Sequence record: OQ446694.1
Reading direction: 5' to 3' (one strand)
DNA length: 64,000 nucleotides
From: Escherichia phage Killian
A program made the translations under genes and the position numbers. Positions 61,074 through 64,000 of the stretch are shown here, piece after piece. The first letter of the stretch is position 1. Each line of letters begins with the position of its first letter. A model generated the notes under the pieces. It was not told the origin of the DNA. It saw only the letters and a list, made by a program, of their open reading frames with translations, and made no database searches.

Positions 61074-61290
61074 ATTGTTTTTCCGTTAAAACAGTAATAT
61101 CATAGTAACAATCTGAAGAAGTTTTAACTGTAGAAATTTTATTATCAAAATACTCACGAGTCATTTTATGAGTATAATATTTTTTGCCGTAAATGATAAT
61201 AGGCTGATTTGGTCCTGGAACTTCTAACTCACTTGGGTTAGGAAGTGTAAAAAGAACTGCACCAGAAGTATCTTTAAATCGTAAAATCAT
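61027..61290 (-). CDS. hypothetical protein (nrdA.2-like)
   Basis: 87-aa ORF. Confidence 0.55.
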   Translation of the reverse strand: MILRFKDTSGAVLFTLPNPSELEVPGPNQPIIIYGKKYYTHKMTREYFDNKISTVKTSSDCYYDITVLTEKQYDELSPRGPSMPGSE

Positions 61291-61313
61291 ATATCCTCAC
61301 AATTGATAATTAA

Positions 61314-62174
61314 TTACACCGCCATTTTTCCTTTAATAGGAGGGTGTGATTCGTAACCTTTAAGAACGAAATCTTTAGGCCTGAGTTTAAGAACATATTC
61401 CAATTGTTCTTTAGTAGAAAGATAGCGGAATTTATAAGGCAATCCGCCTATTACCAGTTCACAAAGCTCTTTAGGTTCACGACGTAAAATTTCTTTACAT
61501 TGTTCTACGTGATTCATATAGATATGAGTATTACCACCAGAAAATATCAAATCTCCTGGAATAAGATTACACATCTTAGCTACAATATGAACTAACGCAG
61601 CATATGATGCAATATTAAATGGAAGACCGAGGAAAACATCTACTGATCGTTGATACCACTGCAAATCCAAATAGCCATTACGCACATTAAACTGATAGAA
61701 CATATGACAAGGCGGTAATGCCATATATTTAAGTTCAGCTGGATTCCATGCTGAAACAATTTGACGTCTATCATTTGGCAGTTTTTTAATACGATTAACA
61801 ACTTCTACAATTTGGTCTACACCGCCAAAATCACGCCATTGTTTTCCATAAATTGGACCAAGTTCACCGCTATGATATCCTAAATCTTTTGCTTGATTTT
61901 CGTAATTTTCGTCCCAGACTGTTTTGCCTTGAATTAATGAATCATGCTGAATTAATCGTAAATCATTGACATTTGTGCTTCCTGATAAAAACCAAAGTAG
62001 CTCAGCAATGCAAGCTTTCCAGGCGAGCTTCTTAGTTGTTACTGCAGGAAAACCTTTACTTAAATCCCAACGTAATTTAGTACCGAACAAAGCAATTGTT
62101 CCTGTGCCTGTTCGGTCATCAGTTTCATAGCCATTTTCAAAAATGTCTTTAATTAAATCTTGGTATTGTTTCAT
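61314..62174 (-). CDS. td: thymidylate synthase, uninterrupted (no group I intron)
   Basis: 286-aa continuous ORF; T4 td intron position maps to 61625/61626 and is unoccupied. Confidence 0.95.
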   Translation of the reverse strand: MKQYQDLIKDIFENGYETDDRTGTGTIALFGTKLRWDLSKGFPAVTTKKLAWKACIAELLWFLSGSTNVNDLRLIQHDSLIQGKTVWDENYENQAKDLGYHSGELGPIYGKQWRDFGGVDQIVEVVNRIKKLPNDRRQIVSAWNPAELKYMALPPCHMFYQFNVRNGYLDLQWYQRSVDVFLGLPFNIASYAALVHIVAKMCNLIPGDLIFSGGNTHIYMNHVEQCKEILRREPKELCELVIGGLPYKFRYLSTKEQLEYVLKLRPKDFVLKGYESHPPIKGKMAV

Positions 62175-62219
62175 TTAGTACCTTATATAAATTATAATAC
62201 ATTTTATGAAGCTAAATAA

Positions 62220-62582
62220 TCAATACGGTTTAGCGTCAAATTTTCTTTCAATTTCAGGCGTAAAATACAATTCTTTACCACGCTTGGAAAAGCGACCAAT
62301 AATATGATAATTATTCTCATCAAACGTGATATTGCCAATATCCATAGCTTTCAACCAAATATCGATATTTCTATCCAGCTTTATATCAAAATTCCAATAC
62401 GGAGAACTATTACCAAAAATACTGCAAGCGGATTCAGTGCAATAACTGCTGCTATAAATCTTGTCTTTGGGAACTACTAATTGATAGACGCCTTTAATAA
62501 ACTGAGGACCCTGCCATTTTGGTTGTTTCGCGTCTTTTTCTAATAGAATAGGGTAATAATTAAAGTTCATATTTTCCGCCAC
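62220..62582 (-). CDS. hypothetical protein between frd and td
   Basis: 120-aa ORF with no recognisable motif, filling a position where T4 frd and td overlap. Confidence 0.6.
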   Translation of the reverse strand: MAENMNFNYYPILLEKDAKQPKWQGPQFIKGVYQLVVPKDKIYSSSYCTESACSIFGNSSPYWNFDIKLDRNIDIWLKAMDIGNITFDENNYHIIGRFSKRGKELYFTPEIERKFDAKPY

Positions 62583-62590
62583 GCGTTATT

Positions 62591-63175
<585 letters not shown>

Positions 63176-63418
63176 TCAAAACCCCCTTTCAATAAACCAT
63201 TCAGTGGCTTTATTAGCATCAAAGAATAATTCTTCATATGTCTTTTCTTTGTTTTCAAAGACTGTCACACAAACGCGTTGACATTCTCCGCAGTATTCTT
63301 CTGACATACTCAAAGCGTCAGAAAACATTTCATTAAATTCATTTAAATCAGGATTATACAAAGCGTTAAAAATTGCATAATCGAATTCATCATTCATAAA
63401 TTCAAATACAAAAATCAT
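63176..63418 (-). CDS. hypothetical protein (frd.1-like)
   Basis: 80-aa ORF. Confidence 0.55.
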   Translation of the reverse strand: MIFVFEFMNDEFDYAIFNALYNPDLNEFNEMFSDALSMSEEYCGECQRVCVTVFENKEKTYEELFFDANKATEWFIERGF

Positions 63419-63426
63419 ATTATCTC

Positions 63427-63762
63427 CTAATATAAAGGATCGGGAACATATCCACTGGCTTTAATCATTTTAATTAACGTTAACATTCCTTTATTAACTG
63501 CTCGTGAGATTTCATCAAAAACTTCATCACTAAAAAGTTCTAACACACCCTTCTGAACTTTTAATTTACATCCAACAATTTCGTCATCACCTATAGTAAA
63601 TTCGTTTCCGCCAATTCCACCGAAAAACTTAATTACGCCAGTTAACTGTCTTCCACGAGAATATGGGTCGTGTGATAAAGTAATATGAGTCACCCCAGGT
63701 ACAGTTTTAAATTGGCAGCGGATATTTACTTGGGCAATTCCAGTTACGTGAATGTCAGACAT
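63427..63762 (-). CDS. hypothetical protein (frd.2-like)
   Basis: 111-aa ORF with GAGG RBS. Confidence 0.6.
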   Translation of the reverse strand: MSDIHVTGIAQVNIRCQFKTVPGVTHITLSHDPYSRGRQLTGVIKFFGGIGGNEFTIGDDEIVGCKLKVQKGVLELFSDEVFDEISRAVNKGMLTLIKMIKASGYVPDPLY

Positions 63763-63772
63763 AATATTTTCC

Positions 63773-64000
63773 TCAAACAGACTTTTTCACAATTTTCCAA
63801 TCAGCTTTAAACTGATTGACGTCAGAATGGTAAATCCAGAATCCTGCGCTTTCTCCATCCTCATAAAGAGGGCATCCATCGCATTCATCTTCCCATCCCA
63901 TATCACGTAAAAGTTGTTCAGCTTTTTCAACAAGTTCAGAATCTTTACCGATGATATTAAAATACCACTTACCTCTAACTTCTGAATCTTTAATGCTCTG
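63773..64000 (-). CDS. hypothetical protein, 3' part only (5' end beyond window; frd.3-like)
   Basis: hand translation of - strand gives an open frame ending ...DWKIVKKSV-stop at 63773-63775. Confidence 0.45.
   Translation of the reverse strand, partial: QSIKDSEVRGKWYFNIIGKDSELVEKAEQLLRDMGWEDECDGCPLYEDGESAGFWIYHSDVNQFKADWKIVKKSV

Noticed and set aside
56676-62174. Search for group I introns or inteins in nrdB, nrdA and td
   Set aside because: All three ORFs are continuous and of canonical length; no intron-like structured insert is present.

Overview
This window is a contiguous segment of a T4-like (T-even, Tequatrovirus-type) phage genome, AT-rich and almost fully coding. Positions 1-24656 carry the late structural block on the + strand: baseplate wedge 7 (5'-truncated at the window edge), 8, 9, 10, 11, 12, wac, 13, 14, 15, terminase 16/17, tail sheath 18, tail tube 19, portal 20, 67, 68, prohead protease 21, scaffold 22, major capsid 23 and vertex 24. 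These are punctuated by TATAAATA late promoters and GC-rich tetraloop hairpin terminators. From 24686 to the end, mostly on the - strand, come rnlB, hoc, inh, then uvsW (+), uvsY, baseplate hub genes 25/26 (-) and 51/27/28/29/48/54 (+), two tandem Alt-family ADP-ribosyltransferase genes, DNA ligase 30, the 30.x cluster, rIII, 31, cd, pseT, a spanin pair, alc, rnlA, denA, nrdB, nrdA, td and frd. Protein identities are from recalled T4 sequences, not a database search. The phage is a close relative of T4 rather than T4 itself: td and nrdB are uninterrupted, fibritin has a different N-terminus, and Hoc carries an extra Ig-like domain. I did not find a clearly novel multi-gene system. The best candidates for accessory or unusual biology are an HNH homing-endonuclease gene between uvsW and uvsW.1, an unassigned ORF between frd and td, a NADAR-family gene beside a HAD-like gene and ligase, the tandem Alt pair behind a late promoter, a tandem Ig-domain duplication in hoc, and a duplicated early-promoter/leader cassette. 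No tRNA, rRNA, CRISPR or integrase was seen.
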